DNA from: an uncultured Paraglaciecola sp.
GTDB lineage: Bacteria > Pseudomonadota > Gammaproteobacteria > Enterobacterales > Alteromonadaceae
Direction: 5' to 3'
Length of the DNA stretch: 64,000 nt
Assembly (NCBI RefSeq): GCF_937123705.1
Contig: NZ_CAKZKO010000011.1
Coordinates: 6,667 to 70,666 of the forward strand
Under the pieces are notes generated by a model that was not told the origin of the DNA, made no database searches, and saw only the letters and a program-made list of their open reading frames with translations. This document shows, piece by piece, positions 15,400 to 26,242 of this stretch. Numbering within the stretch: the first letter of the stretch is position 1; the number at the start of each line of letters is the position of its first letter. The position numbers and the translations under genes were made by a program.

Positions 15400-17493
15400 T
15401 TAATACTGATACTTAAAGTTGAGACCTATTCTGCGAGGCTCACCAAACTGCTCCCATACATGAGGAGCATATTCGTCTCTGGGGTCATTGCCAAAATAAA
15501 ACCCTCGGTTTGCGTAGTCTTCATCGAACAGATTACGTGCGTATAAGCTAATTCGCCAATTATTGATGGTGTAATCAATGCTTGCGTGGGCAATGGCCAT
15601 GGCATCTGAACGATTGTCGTGGCTGTAGGAGTAATAAAACTCGTCCTTGGCATCCACTTCTACTAACCAGCTTAGGTTTTCAGTAATATCCATGTTAATA
15701 CCCAAGTTTAGGTGGTATTTAGGGGCATGGGCCTGCTCACGTTTATCGATATTACTGCCATCTTGACGGGTGAAACCTGTAACTTGGGTTTTCAAATACC
15801 CAAGGTTTGCGAATAACACAATATCATCAGTCGCAAGGTAATTAAGACTGGCTTCAATCCCGTAATTTTTGCCATCGGCGGCATTATTTATAGAATCAAT
15901 AAAGGATTGCCCTTCTACAATGGAGTTTTTAAATTGTACATCGTCTCTTTTTTGATAAAACGTGCTGAAATCAACGGTTAAACTGCCATCGTTATTGCTA
16001 CCTTTAATACCAAACTCCAGCCCTAATAAAGACTCGGCATCAAATTCGGCGCTGTCTAGTAAGGCATCGCGTAAGGATTGCGATTCTATGTCATCAATTT
16101 TTCCTAAGGCCTGACCATTGACGCCGCCCATCTTGTAACTACGCACTAGGCTCAAATACAGCATGCTAGTGTCAGATACGTTCTGGTGGTAACTTAATTC
16201 TGCTCCCCAATCGTCATGTTCAACTTTTTTATCTAACAGGTTTGAATCGTCATAACGAAAGGTTTGTGACGCTAAACGTAAGCTGCTGGTAAGCCATTGG
16301 TCATCAGACAACACAAATTTATATTGAGCAAATAACGCGCGGTCGAGTCGTTCTACATCACTCTTAAAAGGGGCGTCTAAATAGGAATATTCGCGGGTTA
16401 AATCTTCTGTAGAGTCGGCAAAGTAAAAGCCAACCACCCAAGTATTGGCTGCGTCATTCTTGCTGCTTAACTTGCCTTGAATGCTCACATCTTCTCGATC
16501 ACGAAAATAATAATCGGTAGAAGAATACTCCCAACCTGGGGAAATACCATCATAGCTCCAGTCTTCATCAAAACCATAACTCAGGTCAGCTTCCATAAAG
16601 CTCCCCTGCAATTGCACATTAGCCCAAGCTAAGCCTTGGTAATCGGCCGTTACGGCCCACGCATCGCTATCTTGACGATCGACGCCAGGCTCATCTGACA
16701 ATGTGGTTCTATCGCGATCGAGAGAAAACCCGTCATAGCCGTTGTCTACATCAATAAGATGCAGCACAGATTTAATACTCAAATCATCTGTGGCTTGCCA
16801 ATTTAGTTTTGCTCGAATGGTTAATTCATCGACGTCGTTGGTGTCTTTACGCCCTAAAAAAGTATTCTCGATAAAACCATCGCTGTTATTTTGGTGCACA
16901 GACAAACGAAAATCTACTGATTCGACTAATTCGCCGCCCACGGCCGCACCAAGGTGCCAACTATTATAATTAGCCACACCAAATTGCGCATTAACACTGG
17001 TGTCGTCAGATGCATCTTGGGTAATCACATTGATCATGCCGGCCAAACCGTCTGCGCCAAAACGTGCACTATTAGGGCCTTTAAAAATTTCCACTTGCTG
17101 CACATCAAAGGTACTGGCACCTGCCATTAAGCCCGAGTAATTAATGCCATCCACTAAATAACCCACAGAAGGATTAACAGGATCGGTAAATTGACTGCGC
17201 TCGCCTATGCCGCGAATCTGCACAAAACGACCGCGACTGGCGCCTGTGGCAAAGTTAACGTTGGCAGCGCGGTTTAATAATTCCTCTAAATGCTGAGCTT
17301 GACGTTGTTCGATGACTTGTTTAGTTAACACCGAAATACTAGTCGCCATCTCTGACAATGGTGTAGAAACAAGGGCACCTTGCACCGTAATACGTTCTAT
17401 TTGTTGTAAATCGGTGTTTTCTTGGGCTAAAAGTACTGGGCTTGCTAGTAACAAACTAATGATGCTTGTTAGCGGTTTTCTATTAAAAATCAT
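15400..17493 (-). CDS. TonB-dependent receptor (thiamine-type)
   Basis: Signal peptide; TonB box ERITV; plug IRGIG...VDG...VEIFKGP; C-terminal aromatic residue; TPP riboswitch upstream. Confidence 0.93.
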   Translation of the reverse strand: MIFNRKPLTSIISLLLASPVLLAQENTDLQQIERITVQGALVSTPLSEMATSISVLTKQVIEQRQAQHLEELLNRAANVNFATGASRGRFVQIRGIGERSQFTDPVNPSVGYLVDGINYSGLMAGASTFDVQQVEIFKGPNSARFGADGLAGMINVITQDASDDTSVNAQFGVANYNSWHLGAAVGGELVESVDFRLSVHQNNSDGFIENTFLGRKDTNDVDELTIRAKLNWQATDDLSIKSVLHLIDVDNGYDGFSLDRDRTTLSDEPGVDRQDSDAWAVTADYQGLAWANVQLQGSFMEADLSYGFDEDWSYDGISPGWEYSSTDYYFRDREDVSIQGKLSSKNDAANTWVVGFYFADSTEDLTREYSYLDAPFKSDVERLDRALFAQYKFVLSDDQWLTSSLRLASQTFRYDDSNLLDKKVEHDDWGAELSYHQNVSDTSMLYLSLVRSYKMGGVNGQALGKIDDIESQSLRDALLDSAEFDAESLLGLEFGIKGSNNDGSLTVDFSTFYQKRDDVQFKNSIVEGQSFIDSINNAADGKNYGIEASLNYLATDDIVLFANLGYLKTQVTGFTRQDGSNIDKREQAHAPKYHLNLGINMDITENLSWLVEVDAKDEFYYSYSHDNRSDAMAIAHASIDYTINNWRISLYARNLFDEDYANRGFYFGNDPRDEYAPHVWEQFGEPRRIGLNFKYQY

Positions 17494-17561
17494 TCAAAAG
17501 GATCTCTTCAGTATGGGTTGAAAAGATCCGGCTTTACGGCAGGTAAATGGGGATAGTTGTC

Positions 17562-17650
17562 TGACCATTCCTACGCCGGCATTATCCGGATCAGGTATAA
17601 GGGTTTATGAGTGCAAACTCAAATCTCAGCCTAATGGCTCCCCTTGGTGA
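17562..17650 (-). ncRNA. TPP riboswitch
   Basis: Minus strand ACCAAGGGGAGCC...CTGAGA...ACCC...ACCTGATCCGGATAATGCCGGCGTAGGAATGGT. Confidence 0.95.
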
Positions 17651-17815
17651 CTTAATACAAAAGGTTTGATGACCTTGTATCAAGCGCGGGCAGTGTAACA
17701 GGCAAAAAATCCTTAGCAACCGATAATTAGGAATTTATAAGAGCAAAATAGTATTTTTGCGCCAGTTTGCTTACACTAGCAGCAACATTCCCTCGCTTTT
17801 ACATTAGAATTTTTT

Positions 17816-19936
17816 GTGAATTTACCTAAGCAACTATTCCACTGGTTTAAACAACGTCAGTCAGGGTTATGCCACCGGCAGCTATTGGTCATAACGGGTC
17901 AAGAAGAATGGACCACAAAGGCAGCCACAGCCTTATTAAAGAACAACAATATTCACCATCATTTATGGGTTGGGCACAACCAAAACTCGCCTGAAAGCAT
18001 TGCTATAAAAGATTACCGAGGGCAGCTAGGCCATGAATATGATTGGCTAGTAATAAACTGCTTCAGTGGTTTTAGAGCCAATGCCGCAATGGCATTAAGC
18101 GGCACCATAAAAGCTCAAGGGTTAATGGTTATTTTGTGTCCTGAGTTGTCTGATTGGGCAAACTATAAAGATCCTGAACAAAACAATCGTATTTCTTATG
18201 GTTACCAAGATAAAGTGAAACAAAGCCTGTTTATCCAGCATTTAGTTTCTTGCTTTAGGGCTGATAACGGGGTTGCCATATTATCTGCTGATAATTTTTC
18301 GGGAGAAGCATATTTTGTTGCTGAAAGTAAGGTTCACACACAATTTAATGAGCAAGAACGCGCCATAAACAGTATTTGTAAAGTGGCACAAGGTCGCAGA
18401 AATAGACCATTAGTCCTGACGGCAGATAGAGGACGTGGAAAATCTTCGGCGCTAGGTATAGCCGCTGCACAGTTAATGAAATCGGCACCAAAAACAATTA
18501 TCTTAAGTGCGCCCCATATTCACAATGTGGAGCAGGTGTTTTTACATGTCCAGAGCTTATTACCTGATGCTCAAACCGCTAAAAATACCTTGACCTATCA
18601 GTCGAGCTCACTCAGCTTTAAACCTTTGGATATATTACTACAAGACCATCATACCGCTGATCTGTTGTTAATAGACGAAGCCTCAGCAATACCGGTGCAC
18701 GTACTGAGCAGGCTTGCCGTGAGCTTTCCACGAGCAGTATTTAGCGCAACAGCACATGGCTATGAAGGCAGTGGCCGTGGTTTTGAGATGCGCTTTATCA
18801 AACAACTCGCACAGCTAAAACCCGAATTTAAAAGACTGCAACTGCAACAACCCATACGCTGGTATCAGCAAGATAGGTTGGAACAGTTTTGGTTTAATTC
18901 TATGTTTCAAAATGAGCAGCATCAGATCGACAGTAATGACTCAGTCTCGCAAACCATTAGCTGTAAACAAGTAACAAAAAGGCAATTGCTTGACGACAAG
19001 ACCTTGTTATCTAATTTATTTCGATTACTTATCGAGGCTCACTATCAAACCAGTCAAGATGATTTGCAACGACTATTAGATGCCCCCGAAATCCATTGCT
19101 TTATTTTAACCAAAGGCAGCACTGTGCTTGGTGTTGCACAAATAATCGAAGAAGGCGGGGATTGCATTGCAAATCTTGCCCAAAGTATTAGCGATTGTAC
19201 TAGGCGTGTTAAAGGGCATTTAGTGGCGCAGAATATTGCCTCTTCTTATAACGAACCTCAATTTGTCAGCGCCCCTCAATGGCGAATTAGTCGAATTGCC
19301 ATTGCCCCGGAACATCAGCGGCTAGGACTCGGCAAAAACTTATTAGAATTTGTAGAGCAAAATGCCATACAGCAAAAGATCCAGTATTTAACGACTTCTT
19401 TTGGCTGTAATACCGACATCCTGAAATTTTGGACCAGAAGTGACTTTTTGCTTACTAAACTCAGTGCTAAACCAGAAGTATCCAGCGGTGAGCACAGTTG
19501 TATTTGTATAAAGTCCTTGGCGACTGAGGCGCTGCTAAAAGCCCAAGCAATTCACCTAGAACTTCACCAAGAAATATTATATCAAATGAGTAAAACCTTT
19601 CGATATTTGGACGAAGAGTTGCTGTTACAGATAATACTGTTACGACCGCAATCCATAATGAATGCGTTTACATATTCCGAAATCATTGAGCAGTTTGCTA
19701 TAGGGCAACGTCCCTATTCTGGCTGTAAACGGTACTTACAAGAGTACCTACTTGCTCATCCAGCATGGTTATCAAGATTAGTTATTGTAGAACAATGCTT
19801 TATAGTCGCCGCGCTTTTTCAAAATCACGAAGATAAAAGGCTTCGAGAGAGATTTAACTTAGAGGGTAAAAAACAAATCGAACAAAGACTAAAAACTAAC
19901 TTCAAGCAAATACTAACAATACAGCCAGTTAATTAG
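17816..19936 (+). CDS. tmcA: tRNA(Met) cytidine acetyltransferase
   Basis: TADRGRGKS, IDEAS, HGYEGSGRGF, AHYQTS and GNAT RIA motifs. Confidence 0.93.
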   Translation: MNLPKQLFHWFKQRQSGLCHRQLLVITGQEEWTTKAATALLKNNNIHHHLWVGHNQNSPESIAIKDYRGQLGHEYDWLVINCFSGFRANAAMALSGTIKAQGLMVILCPELSDWANYKDPEQNNRISYGYQDKVKQSLFIQHLVSCFRADNGVAILSADNFSGEAYFVAESKVHTQFNEQERAINSICKVAQGRRNRPLVLTADRGRGKSSALGIAAAQLMKSAPKTIILSAPHIHNVEQVFLHVQSLLPDAQTAKNTLTYQSSSLSFKPLDILLQDHHTADLLLIDEASAIPVHVLSRLAVSFPRAVFSATAHGYEGSGRGFEMRFIKQLAQLKPEFKRLQLQQPIRWYQQDRLEQFWFNSMFQNEQHQIDSNDSVSQTISCKQVTKRQLLDDKTLLSNLFRLLIEAHYQTSQDDLQRLLDAPEIHCFILTKGSTVLGVAQIIEEGGDCIANLAQSISDCTRRVKGHLVAQNIASSYNEPQFVSAPQWRISRIAIAPEHQRLGLGKNLLEFVEQNAIQQKIQYLTTSFGCNTDILKFWTRSDFLLTKLSAKPEVSSGEHSCICIKSLATEALLKAQAIHLELHQEILYQMSKTFRYLDEELLLQIILLRPQSIMNAFTYSEIIEQFAIGQRPYSGCKRYLQEYLLAHPAWLSRLVIVEQCFIVAALFQNHEDKRLRERFNLEGKKQIEQRLKTNFKQILTIQPVN

Positions 19937-22011
19937 TTTAGAACTTTCAAAATTGGCAATAAACTCGAGTAATCATCTGTCCAAATCACCTTTTTATATT
20001 GCTGCTGAATTATGACAGTTTGCTTTTTACGCAATTCCTCCGATTCTGTTAGGCGGCTATTATTGGTGAGCACTACCCACTGCGCATCATGTTCGTAATC
20101 TCCCCCTGGGGTTTCGAACAGCATAACCTGCATCCCTAAGTTTTCACTATGGTGCAAGATAACCGGCAGCAGTGATAAATGTCGATTAGAAATGTGTAAG
20201 GCGATAGTCCCTTGTTTGGCAATATGCTGTTGATACAATAAAAAAGCTTCTTGAGTCATAAGGTGGGTGGGAATTAAGTCTCCCGAAAACGCATCGATAA
20301 TGAGCAGATCGAAAGCATTTTGTTGCCCTGAGTCCAATTCACTTTGTAAGCTAACCCGCGCATCACCTAATTTCACATCCACTTCAGCTAGAGCGTCACT
20401 TAGGTAACTAAAATAATGGGCAGCATAGTCTGACACTAATGGATTAAGCTCATAAAAAGTATAATGGTCTCCTGCTTGGCCATACGCGGCTAACGCCCCT
20501 ACCCCTAAGCCAATGATCCCCACCTGTAATTTTCGCTCTTTAGAAAGGGCTGCAATAACCAACTGCACTCCAGTTTCAGGACGGTAATAACTCTTAGGTA
20601 TTGCAGCCTGCGATACAATTAAAGATTGGCTACCATGTGAAGTGGTGCCATCAATTAACCTTCTTTCATTAAGCTGGCCTTGAGTGATATCTTTAACGGC
20701 TAAAATGCCATAAAAGTTTCGTCCTTGGACGATATCATATTGCTGGTATTGCTTGTTAAGCAGCATAAAAGCCAACAGCCAAACCACAGCAACCGCGAAG
20801 ATACCGAGAGTTAACTTTGAATGCTGGCTATGGCTGGCAGCATTATCATCCATGTTTTCTGTAACAGCTTTATCCTTAGGCGGCCACCACAATGCCATAG
20901 CCGTCAGTACTAACACACTAAAAATGGCCAAAGGAAATTCCAGAAAGTCATCAAACAGGTTTTTCGCAACAATAGACACTAAAAAGCTGCCAAAGACACC
21001 ACCTACTGCTAACACCAAATAAAACAGGCTAGTATTGCCCTGATGCGGTTTAAGTGCATTTAACTCACCATGGCAAATCATACAACCGCTGAACAAAATC
21101 ACTAGATAGAGAAATAACTGAGTAAGAATGTCAAATTGGCCGCCTATGAAATAAATCAGTAAAGCAACAAAAGTCAATAGCATAAACAAAGGCAGCCAGA
21201 CAACTCTATTGTAAAATCCAAGTTGACTGAAAGCTAACACATAAGTTAGCAAATACAGGGCTAATGGCACGATCCACAAAAAAGGCACGGGAGGAATGTT
21301 TTGAGTAAGTGCATTAGTAGTGGATACCAACAAAACCACACCCAATGCTGAGAACGTAAACCAAAGGAAAACCCTTAAACAACCTACTTTAGAATGGCTT
21401 ATTTGGTTAGCTATGGACTCCAACTTTGAATTTTTTTGTTTTACAACAACATAAAATATCCAGCCAACGAGCAACACGAATAACCAATAAAAAGCAGACC
21501 ATAGCTTTAGTTGGGACTCTAGAGTTAAAAAAGGTTCAATAAACAGTGGGTAACTTACTAGAGCTAAAAATGACCCTACATTCGATACCGCATACAACCT
21601 ATAGGGCTGTGATCCTTGTGACTCTCTAGTAAACCAATGCTGCAACAAAGGCGTATTGGCAGATAGGATAAAATACGGACACCCTAGACCTAAAAATAAT
21701 ACTTTAAGTACGGCCCAAGTAGGCTGCTCAAGCATCACATCTTGGTGCATGTCTGCAACATTATAAGGTAAAAACATTAAGCTCAGTAGCAAGCATGTTA
21801 GATGTACCACTACCTGAGATTTAACTTTGAAAACTTTAGTTAATGTATAAGCATATAAATAGCCCATTAACAAAAATAATTGAAAGAACAACATGCAAGT
21901 GGTCCATACACTAGCACCGCCACCAAACCAAGGAAGTATAATTTTTGAGATGATAGGTTGTATTTGAAAGACTAAGAAGGCACTAACAAAGACAGAGAAA
22001 AAATATTGCAT
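19933..22011 (-). CDS. Membrane protein fused to a spermidine-synthase-like SAM-binding domain
   Basis: Many TM segments; GTTSHG, IGLGVG, GDAR, DAFSGD and WTDDYS motifs. Confidence 0.88.
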   Translation of the reverse strand: MQYFFSVFVSAFLVFQIQPIISKIILPWFGGGASVWTTCMLFFQLFLLMGYLYAYTLTKVFKVKSQVVVHLTCLLLSLMFLPYNVADMHQDVMLEQPTWAVLKVLFLGLGCPYFILSANTPLLQHWFTRESQGSQPYRLYAVSNVGSFLALVSYPLFIEPFLTLESQLKLWSAFYWLFVLLVGWIFYVVVKQKNSKLESIANQISHSKVGCLRVFLWFTFSALGVVLLVSTTNALTQNIPPVPFLWIVPLALYLLTYVLAFSQLGFYNRVVWLPLFMLLTFVALLIYFIGGQFDILTQLFLYLVILFSGCMICHGELNALKPHQGNTSLFYLVLAVGGVFGSFLVSIVAKNLFDDFLEFPLAIFSVLVLTAMALWWPPKDKAVTENMDDNAASHSQHSKLTLGIFAVAVVWLLAFMLLNKQYQQYDIVQGRNFYGILAVKDITQGQLNERRLIDGTTSHGSQSLIVSQAAIPKSYYRPETGVQLVIAALSKERKLQVGIIGLGVGALAAYGQAGDHYTFYELNPLVSDYAAHYFSYLSDALAEVDVKLGDARVSLQSELDSGQQNAFDLLIIDAFSGDLIPTHLMTQEAFLLYQQHIAKQGTIALHISNRHLSLLPVILHHSENLGMQVMLFETPGGDYEHDAQWVVLTNNSRLTESEELRKKQTVIIQQQYKKVIWTDDYSSLLPILKVLN

Positions 22012-22042
22012 GAACTATTCAGGTAAATTAGAAAATGAAAGC

Positions 22043-22069
22043 AAAAAAAAAGCTCCCTAAGGAGCTTTT
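22043..22069 (-). terminator. Intrinsic terminator of the TonB2 cluster
   Basis: AAAAGCTCC-CTAA-GGAGCTTTT with an A-tract. Confidence 0.75.
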
Positions 22070-22072
22070 CAT

Positions 22073-23335
22073 CTAAAGCTTAATTCCGCGATTCTTCGCT
22101 TTCTCTTTAATATAAGGTTCCCAACTCCTAGCATTTCGAGCTGTAGACCGATCTTTCTTCGCTTCCAACACATGTTTGTAAGCAGATTTAAAATCACCCT
22201 TATCAAAGTTAGCTTGCATGATAGCGATATGAAGAGCACCCTTTTTATTAGAGCCTCCATCTAAAGCCTTCTGCAAAGCGACAATAGCAGGACTATATTT
22301 CTCTAATGCATACAAAACCATACCTTGCTTTTGATACAAATCAGGATCAGAGGAAATCGCCGCAGATTTTCCATAATACTCAGCCGCTTCCTTAAATTCT
22401 TTAGCTTGCTGATAGGAAGATGCAACATTAGTCAGCATTCTTTCTTCGTTTTTAACCAAACCAGACTTAATATGCTTTTCCAATACCTCCGCGGCTTTTA
22501 GCGGTATATCGTTCATTGCATATAGCTGACTTAGAGCCTTAATTTCAGCTGCTTTAGTCAAGTAGCCTTGATTGTAAGCCATTTCAAAGGTAGACAATGC
22601 TTTCTTATGATCTTCCACTAACATGTAGAAGAAACCAAGTTGCGTCCATTGCCCCTTATCATCTGGAAAAATCCTAACAGTTTCTTCCTGCACGGCTATG
22701 GTTTCTTTATACATCTTACGATTGTAATAAGACGTCATTTTGAGTGCATAGGCTGTTTTGTTAGGCTTTTTCGCTAAAGCGATAGCTTTATTGATAGGAG
22801 CAATCATTTCAGGATACTTTTGCGTCTGATAATACGCATTGGTCATTCTAAAGTAGACATCAAAATCTTCTTTACAGGTAACCTTCATCCATTGTTGATA
22901 GTATTTAATGGCACTATCATATTGCTCTTCTTGAAGACTCAAATCAGCAATGAGCTTTATTGTACCTACTTGCTCAGCATCATTTAATTTATTCGGTGCT
23001 ACAGCTTTTTGTAAGTAATCAATCGCCTTCTTAGCTTTACCTTTTTGGGTAGCTAACAAATTTCCGATAAATCTATCAGTAAAGGCTCTATCAAATTTAT
23101 TAGATGTCTCAATATCGTATAGCAGTTCCAACGCTTCATCGATCAAATCATTATTGTAAGCTTCTAAGGCTTTCCCAACCTTTTTACCTACTTTTTGACC
23201 AGGGATGTTGGTTGTTCCACGCTTATAATCAGGACATGCAATAGGTGTCGATGCCTGAGCGAAAACACTCGTTGGCATAATAGTGGCAACAGACATCACT
23301 GAAACCACACATAAATGTTTTAGATGTTTCTTCAT
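22073..23335 (-). CDS. TPR protein of the TonB2 system (TtpD-like)
   Basis: Signal peptide and TPR helices; follows tonB. Confidence 0.85.
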   Translation of the reverse strand: MKKHLKHLCVVSVMSVATIMPTSVFAQASTPIACPDYKRGTTNIPGQKVGKKVGKALEAYNNDLIDEALELLYDIETSNKFDRAFTDRFIGNLLATQKGKAKKAIDYLQKAVAPNKLNDAEQVGTIKLIADLSLQEEQYDSAIKYYQQWMKVTCKEDFDVYFRMTNAYYQTQKYPEMIAPINKAIALAKKPNKTAYALKMTSYYNRKMYKETIAVQEETVRIFPDDKGQWTQLGFFYMLVEDHKKALSTFEMAYNQGYLTKAAEIKALSQLYAMNDIPLKAAEVLEKHIKSGLVKNEERMLTNVASSYQQAKEFKEAAEYYGKSAAISSDPDLYQKQGMVLYALEKYSPAIVALQKALDGGSNKKGALHIAIMQANFDKGDFKSAYKHVLEAKKDRSTARNARSWEPYIKEKAKNRGIKL

Positions 23336-23946
23336 TATGATTGATCCAACTTAAAGTCTAGTTGCACTGTAAGGCCATATTGCTTCATCGGTTTACCATC
23401 TTCGATTTTAGGCTTGTACTTCCATTTACCTAAGGCACGTCTAGCTTCTCTATCGAATACCCGCTTAGGATCCGCTTCAATAACTTTAACGTCTTCAACA
23501 CCGCCAACTTCGTTGATAGTAAAAGATAATTTAACCCAACCTTCCTTACCATCCCGTGCTGCTTGAACCGGATACTTTGGTTCAATCCTAACAATTGGAG
23601 TGGCATCGCCATCACGCATAGCACCGACGCTTCCAATACTTACGGAGGCACCGCCCACATCAACAGTAGGCATACTGAAGCCTAAACCATCGGTATTCAC
23701 TTCAGCCACATCAGGTTCAACAGGCTCAATTTTAGGAGGCTGTTTGGGTGGCGGCGGTGGCGGTGGTGGTACTCGTTTTCTTAGTTGAGTTGCATCATCT
23801 GGCGTAGACATAACAATATCAATCACTGTTGCTTCTGGACCTTTTTCAACAGGCCTACCAGAGTTTGATATTAACTCTGCCATCAACACAAATAAAGCAA
23901 AGGCTATAACACCGCCTACAAATATAGAAACTATTAATCGACCCAT
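23335..23946 (-). CDS. tonB: TonB energy transducer
   Basis: TM anchor, Pro-rich linker, PKYP...GWV...WKYKP; start moved to MGRLIV. Confidence 0.92.
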   Translation of the reverse strand: MGRLIVSIFVGGVIAFALFVLMAELISNSGRPVEKGPEATVIDIVMSTPDDATQLRKRVPPPPPPPPKQPPKIEPVEPDVAEVNTDGLGFSMPTVDVGGASVSIGSVGAMRDGDATPIVRIEPKYPVQAARDGKEGWVKLSFTINEVGGVEDVKVIEADPKRVFDREARRALGKWKYKPKIEDGKPMKQYGLTVQLDFKLDQS

Positions 23947-23947
23947 A

Positions 23948-24346
23948 TTAACTACCTGCCGTTGCAATTGAGATTCGATCAATACCAGCTGACTTAATCT
24001 GATCCATCACTTCAACTACTAGACCATGTTCGGCTTTTTTGTCGGCTTGGATAATTATTATGTCAGAAGGTTGCTCAGCCATTAAACGTTCCAAATTAGC
24101 ACGAACACTGTCCGCATCGATTTGGCGTTTGTCCATCCAAACCTTTCCATCTTCGGTAACGCCGATGAAAATATTGGCATTTTTCGGCATAACTGCTAAA
24201 TCACCATTAGGTTTATTAACGTCTACACCTGCTTCTTTTACAAAAACAGTAGTTACAATGAAGAAGATCAACATAATGAATACTATGTCTAGCATAGGTG
24301 TCATATCAATTGCAGCATCTTCTTCTACTCGAACTTTACGACCCAT
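23948..24346 (-). CDS. exbD: ExbD
   Basis: IDMTPMLDIVFIMLIFFIV. Confidence 0.95.
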   Translation of the reverse strand: MGRKVRVEEDAAIDMTPMLDIVFIMLIFFIVTTVFVKEAGVDVNKPNGDLAVMPKNANIFIGVTEDGKVWMDKRQIDADSVRANLERLMAEQPSDIIIIQADKKAEHGLVVEVMDQIKSAGIDRISIATAGS

Positions 24347-24358
24347 AAAATCCTCTCT

Positions 24359-24883
24359 TTAATGATGGGGCAAGGCATCTACTAACTTTTCTCTAGCAAT
24401 TTTAACTTTAGACTCAAGACGAGAGCTAAAGAAAACGCCAGATAAAGCAGCTACCATTCCAGCCATAGTAGGAATAGTTGCCATAGAAATACCTGCTGCC
24501 ATTAGACGAGGGTTACTTGTACCCTGAGTCGCCATGGTCTCGAACACACCGATCATTCCGGTAACTGTTCCCAACAGACCAATTAGAGGGCACATAGCTA
24601 CAAGCGTCTTAATTAACAACATTCTTGTACCTAAGCCATCTGAAGCTTGTGAAATCCAAGTGTCACGGATTCTATGCGCATACCATGAGGTAGTGTCTTC
24701 TCTTGCATCCCAGTTGGAAACGATTTCGTCTCGTAACTTAGGGTATACAGAAGCTAAATACCAAAAGCGCTCTATCATAAATGCCCACATAAGAAAGAGC
24801 GCTACTGCGACAACATAAAGTACGTCACCGCCAGCAGCAATAAAATCCCTGACAGACTCCCATAGTTCTATCAGGTATAACAT
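24359..24883 (-). CDS. exbB: ExbB (MotA/TolQ/ExbB family)
   Basis: PLIGLLGTVTGMI; start moved to MLYLIELW. Confidence 0.9.
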   Translation of the reverse strand: MLYLIELWESVRDFIAAGGDVLYVVAVALFLMWAFMIERFWYLASVYPKLRDEIVSNWDAREDTTSWYAHRIRDTWISQASDGLGTRMLLIKTLVAMCPLIGLLGTVTGMIGVFETMATQGTSNPRLMAAGISMATIPTMAGMVAALSGVFFSSRLESKVKIAREKLVDALPHH

Positions 24884-24884
24884 C

Positions 24885-26240
24885 TTAGGCTTTCTCCGTC
24901 TCAGCGTGCGTGGCAATGATGCCCGCTGTTTGCTCATCAAGAATATGAATAATAGACTTGCTTCGACCCGCTACAATACTATGCGTAAGTAACAATGGAA
25001 GTGCAGCAATAATACCCAAAGCAGTGGTTACCAAGGCCATTGAAATACTACCCGCCATTAATTTAGGGTCGCCTGTTCCGAACAATGTAATCTGTTGGAA
25101 AGTAGCAATCATACCGATAACGGTACCTAACAAACCTAATAGTGGAGCGATGGCAGCAAAAATCTTAATGATATTAATACCACTTTCAATTCTCGGTAGC
25201 TCTTTAAGAATAGCTTCATCAAGTTTCAATTCTAGGCTTTCTGCATCTGCAGTTTTATTTTCTGTATACACTTGCAAGATACGACCAAGAGGGTTGCTAC
25301 TAGAAGGGTTAGATACATTCTTAAGTTGTGACTTCATTTTGCCGCCCACTAAAGTAAGGGTTACAACTTTGTATACACCTATTAGTAGACCAATAAACAA
25401 CATAACTGTGATGGTATAACCTACTGGCCCACCAGCATGATAACGCTCTTCCATGGTAGCTTTTTCTTTCAATAGACCAAGAATACCGCCTTTTGAAGGA
25501 TCCGCATAGAATGGAACAAGACCAGAAGTAGCTGATTGAAGTGCTTGAGCAGTACTGGTTTGGAAACCGTCTGGTTGACGCCCTAACGGCTGCACCATTT
25601 CGTTTTGATCATCGTATACTAAGTAGCCTTGCTCGCCAATTAGGTTAAATGTACCAACACGTACTACTTCTTGTTGCGTAGAACCACCGTCTAGGCTGAC
25701 TACTTCAGTTGTAAAACGCGAAACCTGTCCAGATTCAGTCATTTCAGTTTGAAGTGCAAACCACAGATCTTCTAATTCTTTAATGTTAGGAAGCCCTTTA
25801 GATTCTTCAGACATACGTTTTAAAAACGCACCACGCCCTGGGAATTCGGCACTTACTATTGAAGTAGATATTTGACCATAGGCTTCAGCTGATGCTTGGC
25901 GAACAACACCAAACATTTCACCTAATGTACCTGTAGCTGTGGTTAGCTCAACTTCTTTTTCAGCCAATTTCACTTCGTTATCAGCAAATTGCTTTTGCAA
26001 TCTGTCGCCACGAGCTTTTTCAGCTTTAAGTTCAGCTTTTCCTTTTCTTAGTAAGGCTTGTTTGTCAGCTCTTGCCGACTGAAACTCTGCTTCACGTTTT
26101 TTATTAATGCGCGCTTCGGATACACGGTTTTTCTTAACTTCAGCTAACAAATCTTCTAACGAAGTCGCTGCTTGAGCAGACGAAGCTAATAACGTAATCG
26201 ACGCAGCAGTTAATATGGATTTAAATACAGTTTTCATCAA
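24885..26240 (-). CDS. TtpC-like long ExbB-family protein
   Basis: Signal peptide, coiled coil and a C-terminal APLLGLLGTVIGMI motif. Confidence 0.88.
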   Translation of the reverse strand: MMKTVFKSILTAASITLLASSAQAATSLEDLLAEVKKNRVSEARINKKREAEFQSARADKQALLRKGKAELKAEKARGDRLQKQFADNEVKLAEKEVELTTATGTLGEMFGVVRQASAEAYGQISTSIVSAEFPGRGAFLKRMSEESKGLPNIKELEDLWFALQTEMTESGQVSRFTTEVVSLDGGSTQQEVVRVGTFNLIGEQGYLVYDDQNEMVQPLGRQPDGFQTSTAQALQSATSGLVPFYADPSKGGILGLLKEKATMEERYHAGGPVGYTITVMLFIGLLIGVYKVVTLTLVGGKMKSQLKNVSNPSSSNPLGRILQVYTENKTADAESLELKLDEAILKELPRIESGINIIKIFAAIAPLLGLLGTVIGMIATFQQITLFGTGDPKLMAGSISMALVTTALGIIAALPLLLTHSIVAGRSKSIIHILDEQTAGIIATHAETEKA

Positions 26241-26242
26241 TA

